Shown here piece after piece: positions 25,476 through 38,918 of a stretch of DNA of 64,000 nt (positions are counted from its first letter, which is position 1; every line of letters starts with the position of its first letter). The translations under genes and the position numbers were made by a program. The notes below the pieces were generated by a model. It had not been told where the DNA came from. It ran no database searches and saw only the letters and a program-made list of their open reading frames with translations. The DNA comes from Octopus sinensis (taxonomy: Eukaryota), in contig NC_042998.1 of assembly GCF_006345805.1 (NCBI RefSeq), forward strand, positions 89,156,001-89,220,000, read 5' to 3'.

Positions 25476-26823
25476 ATACATACATACATACATACATACA
25501 TACATACATACACACATACATACATACATACATACATACATATTTGAAATCATGATAATAATTGAAGTACATGACAAAGCATACTTCAAGTAGTATGGGA
25601 TAAACAGACTTCACGCATTGCATTGAAGACACTTTCTTATGTATTTAACTGCACTCCTAGATAAATATAAGTGTACATATCGACGTTGGCTAAAACAATG
25701 GAATTAATTGCTTTTGTCTAAAGCGAAATTTACGATTTCATTCATCAAAAATAAACATTCCATAATTGTTAAAACTGCTGTATTTTCTAATGCAATGAAT
25801 TTGATATAATTAATTAGTTTTCATCACCATATCCAAATTAAGCTCTAATTAAATTACACTAATGGACACCTATCAGATGTTTTAAGAAGTCAGACTGTAG
25901 GATTGGGAAGTAAGAGTCTCTGGTGAGTAACTACTATGCTGAATTGGTGTTTCGAAAAGAAAACAATGTCAAAAGTGCTGCTTGCCTTTCAGCTCTAATG
26001 AAAATCTAGTTAAGCCAAGAGTAATAGAGGACGAAAAATGTAATCTCAATGATGGAACAAACATATATTCATCATAATTGTTAATAAAAAGGTAGGAATG
26101 ATTTTTAGTTAAATGAACATTTTTCCTATAGAGCTGCCAGTATAACTGCGCATCAAAATGTAAACTCTTTAAAACCAGGTTTTAGAATGGGACCGCTATT
26201 GTTAAAAACAATTTACATATTACAAAAAAAACCCAAAAAACATCGTGAAGGGCAAAAGCTTGTAAGGTTCATGAAAAGTTACATTCTCAGATAAACACTC
26301 ATTTACAACTATGTTTCTAATCTCAGGTGGTGTTGAAAACACACTATCACAAGGTTTTTAATCTGACTTTCGGATCCCTACGATGACGTATAACTGTGAG
26401 AGTTCAATGTTCTGAACAGCTACGTCTTGGCACTCAGTGAATCCTATATTAAAACTACAGTAAAATCAATTTCAGTCATTATCTATTTTTTGAAACGCAA
26501 TGCATCATTCTACAAAAATGTAGCTATCACCCCCACCAGTGTTGTAGTAAATTTCCAAGATAAACATACACCAATGCACGCAATGGAAAATTGTAAAAGA
26601 AATGGTTGCTAAACATGGTGCAAATTTTAGGCATTTAGATTGGAACTCTCCACCAAACCCAACAAGATTTAAATTTTATGGAACTCTTATGGTCAACAAT
26701 AGAGTAGCGTGTAAGAAGCAGTTTGCTCGTGCGATCAATTCTCCAGAAGCTGATTAAATGAAAGATGACTAAGTTGACTGTGTATATATATATCTGTAAA
26801 TATAATATGTGACAATTATTCGG

Positions 26824-26897
26824 TAGCCATGATAAAACTCCGAGTTTCGGATGTCGGGACGGAAACCCACGCCGGCATCTCTTCAGTTATCCGGCCA
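26824..26897 (-). ncRNA. Well-formed type I hammerhead ribozyme in the 3' repeat of a PLE
   Basis: UGGCC-G-GAUAA-CUGAAGA-GAUGCCGG-CGUGGGUUUCCGUC-CCGACAUC-C-GAAA-CUC-G-GAG-UU/UUAUC-AU-GGCUA. All three stems pair; predicted cut after GUU, between 26836 and 26835. Confidence 0.85.
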
Positions 26898-27374
26898 TCG
26901 AAAAAAATTCTATGAAAATGATCGTTAAAACAAGTGGAAATTACTGTGATTGACCGTTATTAAGACAAAAGAGATATTAGAATGACTGCTAAGTAAGGTG
27001 GAGGAGTAAAGGTAAGGGTGTAGAAATGTTCATAGTAATCGCGTAAGCGCGCATGTCCATCCATACACATGCGCGCCCGCACACCCACATACATGCGCCT
27101 ATATGTATATACTCATCCACCCTCACGTGAAACACACACATGCTCACTAATACATTCGCCAAAAATTATATACATACCCGCATACACGCTCGCACACAAA
27201 ATGGTTCATACACACGTCTATATACGCACATGCTCAAAAAAAAAACAGGGCTAAAGGCAAAATACAGAAAATGCGTTAAAAAGTGTAAAAAATAAGCAAT
27301 AAGAGTAAAACACGTCTATACACGCACATTCTCGCATACACGCACGCACGCACGCACACACACACGTCTATGGT

Positions 27375-28005
27375 GGTCTGGTGGCAGGCGTATAGGTTAT
27401 TTTCTCGCTAAATCCACTATCTTTTAGAGCCTTATTATATACTGGGGCAACGCTATTAAAAAATGTTCCTATCGGGGGAGAGGCTAGAAATTCTTTCGCT
27501 AATGTTTTTAACTAAATTTTTAAATACTATGGGTGGATGGCAGGAACCCACATTAATATAACTAAGTCTATCGTTAGGCTTCCTATAAGGTTTGTAAATA
27601 TTCTTATTTAGATCAGAGGATGCACTTTGGAAATTGACAACCGTCAGGTTGGTGTATGTAGTTATGCTAAGACCGAAAGTTTTCAAATAGATGTCCTTCC
27701 TAAACCGATCCTGTGCTGGTCCATCGGTATTTGCGGTTAAAGCTAGGGCATCATCTTTGTAAATGGCGAAGTATACGCCAGGAAAAGTCTTGCCCAACGT
27801 ATCGAGAAGGAATAGTCCAATAAGATCGTATATGCCTGTTTCCTTATATGACCCTATGCTCACATCGAATGCACCCTCTATATCGATAGTCTTGACCTAC
27901 TCTGCGTTCTCGCTGAAGAGTAAAGTCTTTCTAGCATGGAAGATTATGTCCTTATCCTGTGTACTGATTTCTTGCGAAAGTGAGGAACTGCTAGATAAAG
28001 CCCTC
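27375..28005 (-). mobile_element. Penelope-like element reverse transcriptase fragment
   Basis: DKDIIFHARKTLLF..FDVSIGSY...AIYKDDAL..TNLTVVNF..YKPYRKPND..YINVGSCHPP..RISSLS (ORF 27456-27863). Bounded by (TA)n and (CA)n. Confidence 0.9.
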
Positions 28006-28040
28006 ACCTTGTATACATATATATATATTTGTATATATAT

Positions 28041-28085
<45 letters not shown>

Positions 28086-28093
28086 TATATATA

Positions 28094-28141
<48 letters not shown>

Positions 28142-28347
28142 ATATTTTATATATATATACATGTATGTATGTGTGTATATAAAATTAGGTGTATGTCTGA
28201 ATGTATATATTTACTAAATATATATGTATATAAGTAAATTATTTGTATAAATATGTTACACACCACGACCGTGCAAACACACACAAATATATGTATGCAC
28301 GTACGCACACACATATGAATAAAAATGTCTTATAAAGTTCTTTTGTG

Positions 28348-28889
28348 TTTCGAGTCTTATCAAAAAGCTATGGGGACATTGCATACTCCTCTTCCTGAGT
28401 ATATCAACACTTTCCGTGGCAGCCATGGCTGCCACGGAAAGTGCATCTTGAAGGAATCTGCTAATTCTAGTTTTTCCTTTTACTTTTTCAAAGAAAAATA
28501 GGAAAACCGCTGACATTATGTAATATTTGGAAATAAATCGAAAACTCCTGATTAATCAGAATTGGGAAAATTAAGAGCAGAATTGGAAGCATTCAAAATA
28601 ATTTTATCTGAAACTCACCGCCTATCCCACTAAATTTTAATGCTTGATACATATTTTCTCAAGAGAAATATACATTTAAATATACCTACATTTTTGTAAG
28701 GACCATGTGAAATTTTCGCGGGTGAAGAATTTGATAGAAAGAAAACATCTGAAAAAGTAAAAGGAAAAACTAGAATTAGCAGATTCTTTCAAGATTCCCT
28801 TTCCGTAGCAGCCATGGCTGTTGATATACTCAGGAAGAGGAGTATGCAATGTCCCCATAGCTTTTTGATAAGGGATGTTTAACTCGAAA
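28348..28889. mobile_element. MITE-like foldback with ~130-bp terminal inverted repeats
   Basis: 28356-28490 is the reverse complement of 28752-28872, including an exact run ttatcaaaaagctatggggacattgcatactcctcttcctgagtatatcaac. No TSD identified. Confidence 0.8.
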
Positions 28890-29113
28890 TATTTCTTTTC
28901 GTAAAATGACTGCCTTCTTTATATTATAATGACTGCATTGTACGGTATCCTCGTTTATGCATGTTCAAATCTAATATTACTTCATATTAATTTTTCTTAT
29001 TACATACACATGAGCGCGTGCTTACACAAACGCACACACGCTCACGCACGCACATATTCAGTGATGAGTTTTATAAGTTTAGTTGCCATAAGGAGTTTAG
29101 AATATTAATGCAG

Positions 29114-29959
29114 GAGCCAGTCCTGATTTGATTAGATTTGAAGCTCCAAAGTACTGGCCGACGGTACTTCCGCAGTTTCCGACTGGGACCCGCCAATATT
29201 CAATGCTGAATCAAGTGGCATTGCGTGGGGATCAGTTTGAGAGGTAACGAGATCGGGGGAATATGAAGGTTGCCCAGGATCGCCAGGTTAGAAATGGTCC
29301 TCCATGATAATTTATTTTTGATGCCTCCTTACTGAATGTGTTGACTAGTGGAAGACGAATATCAAGCGTGTTCGTACTCTGATGATCTGAATGCGAATGA
29401 ATATGAGTAAAGAATCGGATAAAGCGTTACAAAAATGTGACAAACTCTGTCAAAACACGATTTGGGTCTAAGACACGTTTGTATGTTGCATTCATCACGA
29501 AGCTTGTATATTTCTCCTTAATTAGTGTATAGTGATTAGTAGAAAATGCTTCTTAAATTATAAATCCATACCTAAAATGGTTCTTAAGTGACATGAATAG
29601 ATTCAGTTGGGTTTAGTGAACATTTCTGCGAAGTAATTGACGCTGGAGTAGAAAGTCTAATTAATTGCTAATTAAGTGTCTAATTAAAACTTCTTTGTCT
29701 TTCCATCCCCGTTTTTTTCTTAAGTTTTCATTCAAGTATCACTTGTGTCTAAGGAGTAATATTCAATGTGATTCATTACTGGAGCTTAAAGTCTAATTAA
29801 ATTAGGTATTTACGCAAGTTGATTATCTTAATCCATATTAATTAATCCATACCTAAGCATTCTTAAAAATCACGTTTCATGTTATTAGGACCATTTGTAC
29901 ACATATTGTGCCTTGCCAGTATTTTGGAGCTACAAGTTTAATCAAATCGGGACTGGCTC
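29114..29959. mobile_element. Putative non-autonomous TIR element, 45-bp inverted repeats
   Basis: 29114-29158 against reverse complement of 29915-29959: 40 of 45 positions match. AT-rich interior without ORF. Confidence 0.6.
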
Positions 29960-30314
29960 TCAGTCTATATGACGTTTCGGGCATTGCTTTTTGGATTTGA
30001 GGGAAAGAAAGAAGGAGAGAAAAGAAAGAATGAGGGATATTGTCAATTAAACTTAAGGCAAGTATGCACATTTCTCAAAGCAACTGAATGCATTTGAAAC
30101 TCCAATGAATCCTTCTTACCAGATTATTCGAATTCCAGATTTCAGCCAATGCAAATGTACTTTTAAGGAATAATTAAATCTTTCATCAAATATAACCCTC
30201 TGCTTAAATGTCGTTGATATTTAATACAACAGAAATGTAGTTTATCTGATGAAATCTTCCATAACAATTTCACCCTATTCTCAAAATTCGTTGATGTTTC
30301 AGCAGATTTAATTT

Positions 30315-30331
30315 ATAATAATAATAATAAT

Positions 30332-30425
<94 letters not shown>
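30315..30425. repeat. (TAA)n abutting (TTA)n, an inverted microsatellite
   Basis: Read directly. Confidence 0.95.
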
Positions 30426-32599
30426 TTGCATTCTTAAAAATATGTTCTAAATTTCGGTCATTAATCAATTTGGGTCATTTCAGCTAGTAATGTGTTTTGT
30501 GTTTTATTTTATTTTTCATCAACATGAATAATTTTAACGCGAAACATAAATGGTGAGGTTTAATATTCATGTATTTAACCATAGATTTATATACATAATA
30601 GCCGTCAAATTATTCTAACTGGGAATAGAACTTGGATCGCAGACTCGTTAGCTCAATTCAGTCATAGTTATTGTCGCATTAATAAAATTGTAATTCCATG
30701 TATCTAGATACGGTAGAGCTTCTTGCTATTTGGTGGGCCCAGTATACTTTACTCTATCACATGATATTCATCTTAGCCATGTTATTTCATACCTAGCTTA
30801 GACCTGACAAATTCAAGCCTATAATCAAAGCATTTACCACCGTGACGAAGCTACATTTTACTCAGACATAGCATATCAATGGTATCCTTTTGTTTTAATG
30901 TGGAAGAACTGGCTACCAGTTGTAAAAAAATGAGCAACTGAGCGAAGGCCCTCTCATTTTATACGTGGGAGACACCGTTGATTGGCAATGGGGAAATTCG
31001 AACGAGTCTGTGTCTTGTCAATCTCATCCTTACACCTGTTGGGCTATCATCCAAATGAAGCACAGAAAATGTTTTAAGGGTGATGAAATAATTCTTGCTT
31101 CAAAACCATGATAAATCCGATTCTCATTTCTCACTATTCTATAATCTATAATTATAGATTTGATAAGTCGAAGAGAAATATTGTGTAGATAATGTCTATT
31201 GATCATTGATCAGTCGTTCATGTGTGGATAGATAGATAGTCATTAGTTGTGAAGATCAGATATCAACACGTAGCTTTGTGCTACACGCAGAGTTTGATTG
31301 AGAAATAATTTAATTTTGTTTGCATTAAATCCATTACCAAAAATATTCCACTAATGACGCACCCCCCCCCCAAAAAAAAAAGAAAAATAGGAAAATATGT
31401 CAATACAAATATATTTAATCATAAGTATCTCACTTAATGTAAGTACACCGTGAAAGGCAAATTCACTGCAATATTCGTTTACTGCTGGGACGATTTTCGA
31501 ATTATGCTTTTAGACAAATCAGGTTAATAAGAAATAGTGCCTCCGGATAAGTTGCGCAGTAAATATGCCTTTCACAAAAGATTTACATTAAGTATTATAC
31601 ACAGATGACTATTTAAATCTAATATTGCCTTTGTTGCATATACCAAAAATTAATCATAAAAAGAAAAATCATTTTTACATTAAAACAATAAAGTTTCAAC
31701 AGATTTAATAGAATATTTGCATGTAAATTAATATCAAATGTTCGAATCAAAGTCCAAATAATTATTCAGTGCGGCGATAAAACTCGATAGGTAGAAAGGG
31801 ATTGCCAAAGAATGTGTAGCACGTAAGCATGTAGTAAACTGACTTTCTGAAACGTCTTGGATTTCCGATTGCAAATATCTTTACATCGCAATTGTATCTA
31901 ATACTCCATAAAAGATATAGGTTTCATATATCCTATTATCCTCTCTGTCGTAAATCTACTAACCGTAAATTCTTAATTGTTAGATAAAAAAATGCCATTG
32001 CTTGTCTAAAAATCCATATGGGTGGGAGCAAATGTTCTTGGTGTAAAAGTTGTTATTGTGACTTTTCCATCTATATATTATTGAGTATGTTACAAGATTT
32101 ATTAGATTTATGCCATAGCGTAAACTACTATAAATTCTAGTAATATCCTGTAACCGGTAAACTTGTAAGCAGTCTGCTGCAGGTTAAGGTTTCATGAATT
32201 TTAAGGAGAATATACTACAATCGTTTTCATTGCATTCTTCAAGACTATAAAATATTTATGCTCGACAAATAAAATGAATGAAACACAACAAATATTTAGT
32301 GACTGCTTTACTGTTAGCAGTTTGTTCATATAAAATATATAGCTTCAGGTATGGTATATATAGCTTCAGGTATGCTTACTATTGTTGCTATCACTAACTC
32401 TACTGACCATTCAACTTCAGTACTTAGTTGAATTAGCCTTTGTTTTTCAGTTTGATAGTTAGATCTGATCATGCAACAGCACAGTACACGATGCTGTGAA
32501 ATTTAGTCTATTTTCTTGAGGAAGGCAATGATTGAACAGCATGAAAGTACAGCTAACTGCCACTTGCGAGCTAGTATCACTTGGTAACATGTAATTGTT

Positions 32600-32865
32600 T
32601 AAAGTGTCAATATAATCGCGAGCAGACAAGCATATTGTCAGCCTTTCCGCAGTGAGCGTGGTGGAGCCACCAGGATGTGATAGCGAGAGAGAAGACGGTT
32701 GGACCAGAAATCGGTTGGTCTTTATTTCAGCTGTAGTCGACAGGAGAAACGTGAAATGAAACGCTTTGTTCAAGGATATAATTCCCAGCCCGGCCCAGGA
32801 ATTTAACTCACAGGCATATGATCCTGAGCTGAACTCCTTAACCACTAGACCACACACCATTTTCG
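32600..32865 (-). mobile_element. tRNA-derived SINE family C
   Basis: Minus strand ggtgtgtggtctagtggttaagg...ccttgaacaaagcgtttcatttcacgtt; A-box TGGTCTAGTGG. Confidence 0.7.
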
Positions 32866-33131
32866 CTCCACACAGCTGAGGATGCTGTCAAATCTACTAT
32901 TTTCTCGTGAGAGGTAATGATCATTTATATGTTGGGTCCTCTAAAACATTTTATAACGTTTCCGTTTACTCAGGTGCTGTCCTTTCTCTATTCCGCGTTA
33001 TGAATTCTGGTGACTCCATGTATCATGGGGAATTTACGGTTTGTCTATTACAGGGAACTGAGTAGTTGTTTGTGTATGTCTGTGAATATGCATGTGTATA
33101 TGGTGTGTGTGTATGTGTGTATATACATATG

Positions 33132-33206
<75 letters not shown>

Positions 33207-33289
33207 GTACGTATATGTAAATGAATGATGGACTCCCGTCGTTAGACGACGCATGAGGGTTCGATAATTTCTTATCGAACAAACTCACA

Positions 33290-33515
33290 GATGATTTGTT
33301 TATAGTGATTAAATTTTTGTGTACACATAAGCTCACTCCCTCCATCAAATCGATATTGCCTGTACAAGTGCAATGGGTGCCACATGTTAGATGATGAAAT
33401 GATCGCAAAGCAACTTGAAATAAAGTTCTTTACTCAAGTGCACAATGCAACGCCCGGACTGGGAATCGAACCCACTATCTCCCAATCATGAGGGCAGCAC
33501 CTTAACCACAGTGTG
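33290..33515 (-). mobile_element. tRNA-derived SINE family C
   Basis: Minus strand gtggttaagg...gggttcgattccc...cttgagtaaagaactttatttcaagttgc; B-box GGTTCGATTCC. Confidence 0.75.
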
Positions 33516-33542
33516 TGTGCGCGCGCAGACAAACACACAAAA

Positions 33543-33583
<41 letters not shown>

Positions 33584-33595
33584 CATTATATATAT

Positions 33596-33654
<59 letters not shown>

Positions 33655-33679
33655 GTATGTATATATGTATATATGATAT

Positions 33680-34091
33680 CCCCCTCAGCCCCACACAGAT
33701 CCTTCCCGTGCTCCAGATCCCCCTGCAACACTTGCCCCTTCATCACCAACACCACTACTGTCACCTTGTCCAACTAGCGAACTGTACGTATTAGTCATTC
33801 TTTTACGTGCACTTCGTCTAGTCTCATATATTGCATAAAATGCAACCTCTGCGGTATGCTGTATGTGGGACAGACCGATTCGCCGAACATCTAAGGGATA
33901 TTCGGCTGCGTTCTAATTCTCCCGTCGCACGTCACTTCTGCTCGGCCAGCCATTTCCCCGATGACATCTCTGTGTTTGGTCTCGCCCCACACAACGGTCC
34001 TCCACAATCCAGGCTTCACTTGGAGCAACGATTCATTTTCACTTTACAGACTTATACCCCGCACGGACTCAACACAGCCCCCTCCTCTTAG
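33680..34091 (+). mobile_element. Neptune-type PLE: Cys-rich linker plus GIY-YIG endonuclease, 5'-truncated and frameshifted
   Basis: SFPCSRSPCNTCPFIT...FTCTSSSLIYCIKCNLCGMLYVGQT...RFAEHLRDIR...VARHF...H...EQRFIFTLQTYTPHGLN. Confidence 0.92.
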
Positions 34092-34199
34092 TGACTGCAC
34101 TCCACCTCCCGCAACAAGCAACTTTTTTTCCCCTACGTGCTATTACGTCTGTTTATATTATTTATTGTTCTTTTATCATTTTATTGTTTTTATAAATTA

Positions 34200-35404
34200 T
34201 TATCCTTATACAGAAACATACACACACATACTCACGTATCCACGAACACACACATACTTCAAACACACCATACACATACACATACACACGTACATACACA
34301 CACACCAGCACAGATGCCCACATATACCTCCAACAAACAATACTCATACAGATACGCACACATTTATACACACATGGGCACAGACACACACATACACGCA
34401 CGTAAGCGCGAACACACACACAAGCACACGCATGTACATTACGCCCACACAACTCCAACCCCCCCACACACACACGCATACATTCACACACACACATACA
34501 TACACACATACATACATACATACATACATACTTATATATATATGGGGCTGGCTGTATTGCAGGCGCGCGTCAGTGTATGTATGTGTGTGCCTGTAGATTC
34601 ACATACACCCACACCAATTTTTTTCCATCAATCTTTCAATCATAACGTGTGTGCTTGCATACATATATATACACACATATAAATCTCTATATTTGTACAC
34701 ACACGCATATGTATACATGCATTCACTCGCACGCACGTATACACACACACACATATATATATACAATACACGCACACACACATACACACGTACAAACACA
34801 CACACCAGCACAGATGCCCACATATACCTCCAACAAACAATACTCATACAGATACGCACACATTTATACACACATGGGTACAGACACACACACACATACA
34901 CGCACGTAAGCGCACACACACACACGCACACGCACGCACAACTCCAACCCCCCCCCACACACACACACACGCATACACAAATTCACATACACACCGATAC
35001 ATATACATACACACAATATATGCCTACACGCGCACACACATACACACGGATACACATATAGGCACAGACACACACACACACACACACACATACGCACACA
35101 TAAACATGCGCACACATACGCACGCACACACGCACACCAATGCACACACCCAAAATTCACAACCCCACGGATACACGCATATACATCCATATACGCTTAC
35201 ACACACACACAAACGCACACGTACACGCACACACAACTGCACGCACATACGACACGCACGCACATACATACACACACACACACATATGAACCCACACATA
35301 CATCCTATACACACACACACACACGTGTCATCATTGCACACATACACACACACACGCACACACAGACCTCCGAGCACGCACATATCCACACTTACACACA
35401 CATT
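34200..35404. repeat. Cryptic CA-rich tract containing a ~180-bp segment repeated at 500-bp spacing
   Basis: ccagcacagatgcccacatatacctccaacaaacaatactcatacagatacgc occurs near 34305 and 34805. Confidence 0.85.
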
Positions 35405-35700
35405 CCCCCTCTACCATTCTGCTGTCTTTGACTATACTACTCTTCTCTCTTTGAAAACATCTTTCTTCACCCTTTTCCTTCCGGTCTTTCAAAATATGAC
35501 CTCGTGTGTACCGTTGGCGATTTTTTTCCTCTGTCTTCCCTTCTCTGGATCTTTCCTTCCCCTATGTTTCCGACGAAGAGCTCCGCTCGAAACGTTAAAC
35601 CCTCCTCCTTTCCTTCTTTCCTGAGCGTCCAATAATACTATATTTGTTCCACGTCCTCGCGTTGTTGTGTTTTTGTGTGCTTTCTTGTTTGGATTAACTT
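35405..35700 (+). mobile_element. Neptune-type PLE 3' terminal repeat with HHR at 35566-35600
   Basis: GUUU-CCGACGA-A-GAGC-UCC-GCUC-GAAA-CG-UU/AAAC. Perfect stems I and II, palindromic AACGUU stem III, U4C core variant. Confidence 0.85.
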
Positions 35701-35748
35701 TATATATGTATATATATGTATATATGTATATATATGTATATATGTATG

Positions 35749-35779
<31 letters not shown>

Positions 35780-36080
35780 GGTATATATGTATATATATGT
35801 ATATATATATGTATGTATATATATACATATATATTTGCATACATATATATATATATACATATATATGTATGTATATAATGGTATATAATATATACATATA
35901 TATTGCATACATATATATATATATACATATATATGTATGTATATAATATGTATATATATATATACATACATACATACATATATATGTATATATATGTATG
36001 CAAATATAAATATATGTATGTATGTATGTATATATATATACATATATATTTGCATACATATATATATACATATATATGTT

Positions 36081-36111
<31 letters not shown>
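35701..36111. repeat. Compound (TA)n/(TATG)n microsatellite; similar long tracts at 22050-22155, 28010-28160, 38540-38915, 49590-49740, 56740-56845 and 63255-63590
   Basis: Read directly; these tracts account for most YIYIYI/CVCVCV ORFs in the track. Confidence 0.98.
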
Positions 36112-36112
<1 letters not shown>

Positions 36113-37572
36113 CTCAAAGCGTTGGCTCCGGTCATCTGCGAGCCCTTAACACGTCTATTCAATATGTAATTAACGACGGGTGTTATACCTGCGGACTGGA
36201 GAACAGCGATAATCTGCCCAATTTTCAAGAAAGGGAGCCGCGAAGACCCACTTAACTACCGACCGCTTTCCCTTACATCAATAATCAGCAAGATGTTCGA
36301 AACCATCCTTAAGAAAAGTATGATGCTCCACCTCCAAAACACAGCCTCTGTCTCTGATTCCCAACACGGCTTCGTGCCGAAGAGATCATGCTTGACCAAC
36401 TTACTGGTAATGGAAGAATTGGTGACGCGCATCCTCGATGATAGTGATGCTGTTGACATCGTTTTATTGGACTATTACTTGTCAAGCTTCAAGCATATAG
36501 TTTCCATCCGGATATTGTACGATGGGTTGCTGCCTTCCTCTCAGATCGCTCCTTCCAAGTCCAAGTTAATGGTACACGGTCCGACGTCTCCAGTGCGAGC
36601 AGTGGCGTGCCTCAAGGTTCAGTGCTTGGGCCCTTATTGTTCTTAGTCTTCATAAATGACTTGCCCGACGACCTCACGCAACACACCCTTCTATTTGCCA
36701 ACGATGTCAAACTGGTCGCTCCTCGCGGTGATATAGAGGATCTTCGTCGATGCCTCCACCAAATTTGGAGGTGGTCGAACGAATGGGACCTGTGTCTGAA
36801 CGTGTCAAAGTGCTGTCATCTGCCTGTTGGCTCTCCTCCTGCAACTCAACTTGATTTCGAGCCGGGTCGTCTGCTGCTGGAGAGGACCTATCAGGTAAAG
36901 GACCTGGGTATCTTGGTGGATTCCTCCTTTTCGCCTTCGGCCCAGTGCGTCCATGCTGCCAACAAAGCACGCGGAGTTATGTTCATGATTCGACGGTCAT
37001 TCGGAATGCTCACAGCAGCCATATTCCTACCGCTCTATGTCACGCTGGTGAGACCCTTATTGGAGTACGGGATTCAAGCCTCTTCTCCTTATCTCCTCAA
37101 AGACATACAGCATCTCGAAAGAGTCCAGAAGCTGGCTACCCGCATGGTTCATGGTCTCAAGAATTTGTCTTATGAAGAAAGGCTGAAGACGCTCGACCTT
37201 TATTCTCTAGAAAAACGCCGCCGCCGTGGTGATCTCATTCTCGCTCACAACATCATAAGCGGAAAGTGTAACCTCTCGAAAGAGCTGTTCTTCACTCCTG
37301 CTCCAGAGCGTCGGCTGCGGGGTCATTCCGAAAAGCTCTATCTGCGACGATTTCATCTCAATCGAAGGAGAGGGGCTTTCTCCGTCCGGGTTGCGGATCC
37401 GTGGAACAAGCTGCCAGACGAGATGGTGAAGATGCCGACGACCACTTTGTTCAAAGTCTCTCTTGACCTCAAGTGGCCTGAACTCTTTACATGAACGCCA
37501 CCCTGTACATAACTCCATGTCCCCCTACATGGCCTTGCTTTTTGCTTTTTGAGCCAAAAATTAACTAACTAA
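36112..37572 (+). mobile_element. 5'-truncated CR1-type LINE, relatively young, inserted in (TA)n
   Basis: [44 protein letters not shown], then an uninterrupted 295-aa frame PQGSVLGPLLF..LFANDVKL..LEYGIQASSPY..; (TAAC)n tail. Confidence 0.95.
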
Positions 37573-38770
37573 CATATATATATGTATATGTGTATGTATA
37601 TATGTGAATATATGTGTCTATGTAGTTTTGTCTAATGTGGTGTAATTGTCTGTGTTTGTTCATTAAATATTCTGCTATGACCGGTAGCTAACTAAATTTA
37701 TAAAATAAACAATTCATAAAAGGTACCGGTTATAGCAGAATGTGTAATGAATAAATCCAAACAATTCCCTTCATTACACTCACCACAGGCGCGCACACGC
37801 GCGCACACACATACATATACACACACCTATATATACACACACACATATTTACACACACACATCTTCAAATACACACACATAGGAGACGAAGTTATTTATT
37901 ATAATATTATGTGTCGCAGACATTCGAAATTATGCAACTTCTCTCTGCATATTCATTTATACAATTTTCCTTGAACACAGCATGTATTTGAACTTCGTTT
38001 GCACGTTCCACACATACTTGCAAGTTTATGTATTTGTATGCAACATGCATACCTACATATATATATGTGAGTGTGCTTATGTGTGTGTGTCTGTGTGCGT
38101 GTGTGTTTATCTGTGTGTGTTTATATGCATATGTGTTCGTGTGTGCGCTTGTGTGTCTATTTCTATGTCAGTGCTTTTCCCAGTCACCTATTATACCTGC
38201 TCAAAAACAAGCAGTCTATACAACCACCAATTTTGAACGGTGTATACATATAACGTTACAACCAAATTTATGCAGCATTGGGAACCACTGCGTTTCTAAT
38301 TTCCCTCATGCTCGTCGTCTTGTCAGCGATCACCCGGTGCAAGATAACAAAGGCATGTTTGGCAGCGTTTAATTATACTTTCTATTCTGTCTTTCTGCAT
38401 TAAGTACCCAGCAGAGAATTACACCCTGACATCTAGTTACCGTTAGAAGTGCAATTAAACTTAAAGCAAACGAACTTTTTATCCAGTTGGCTATTTGGCA
38501 GTTGGAAAATTTGTGGCTTGCTTTTCAAATTATTGTAAATAATATTTAGAGTTGCTTAAAAGTTATTTCGTATCCAGTTTCATTTATATCCTGCATGTAT
38601 GCGTATGTATAAGCATAAATTGTCTGTATGCATGGTTGTATGTATTCATTGTATATTTGTTTGAATGTGTATATGTATATATGAATATATAAGTGTATAC
38701 ACATGCATACATACATACATACATACACACACACATATATGTAGTATATATGGAGAGAGGGGGAACGTAT

Positions 38771-38813
<43 letters not shown>

Positions 38814-38855
38814 TATATTTAGATATATGTATATATATATATATATTATATATAT

Positions 38856-38918
<63 letters not shown>

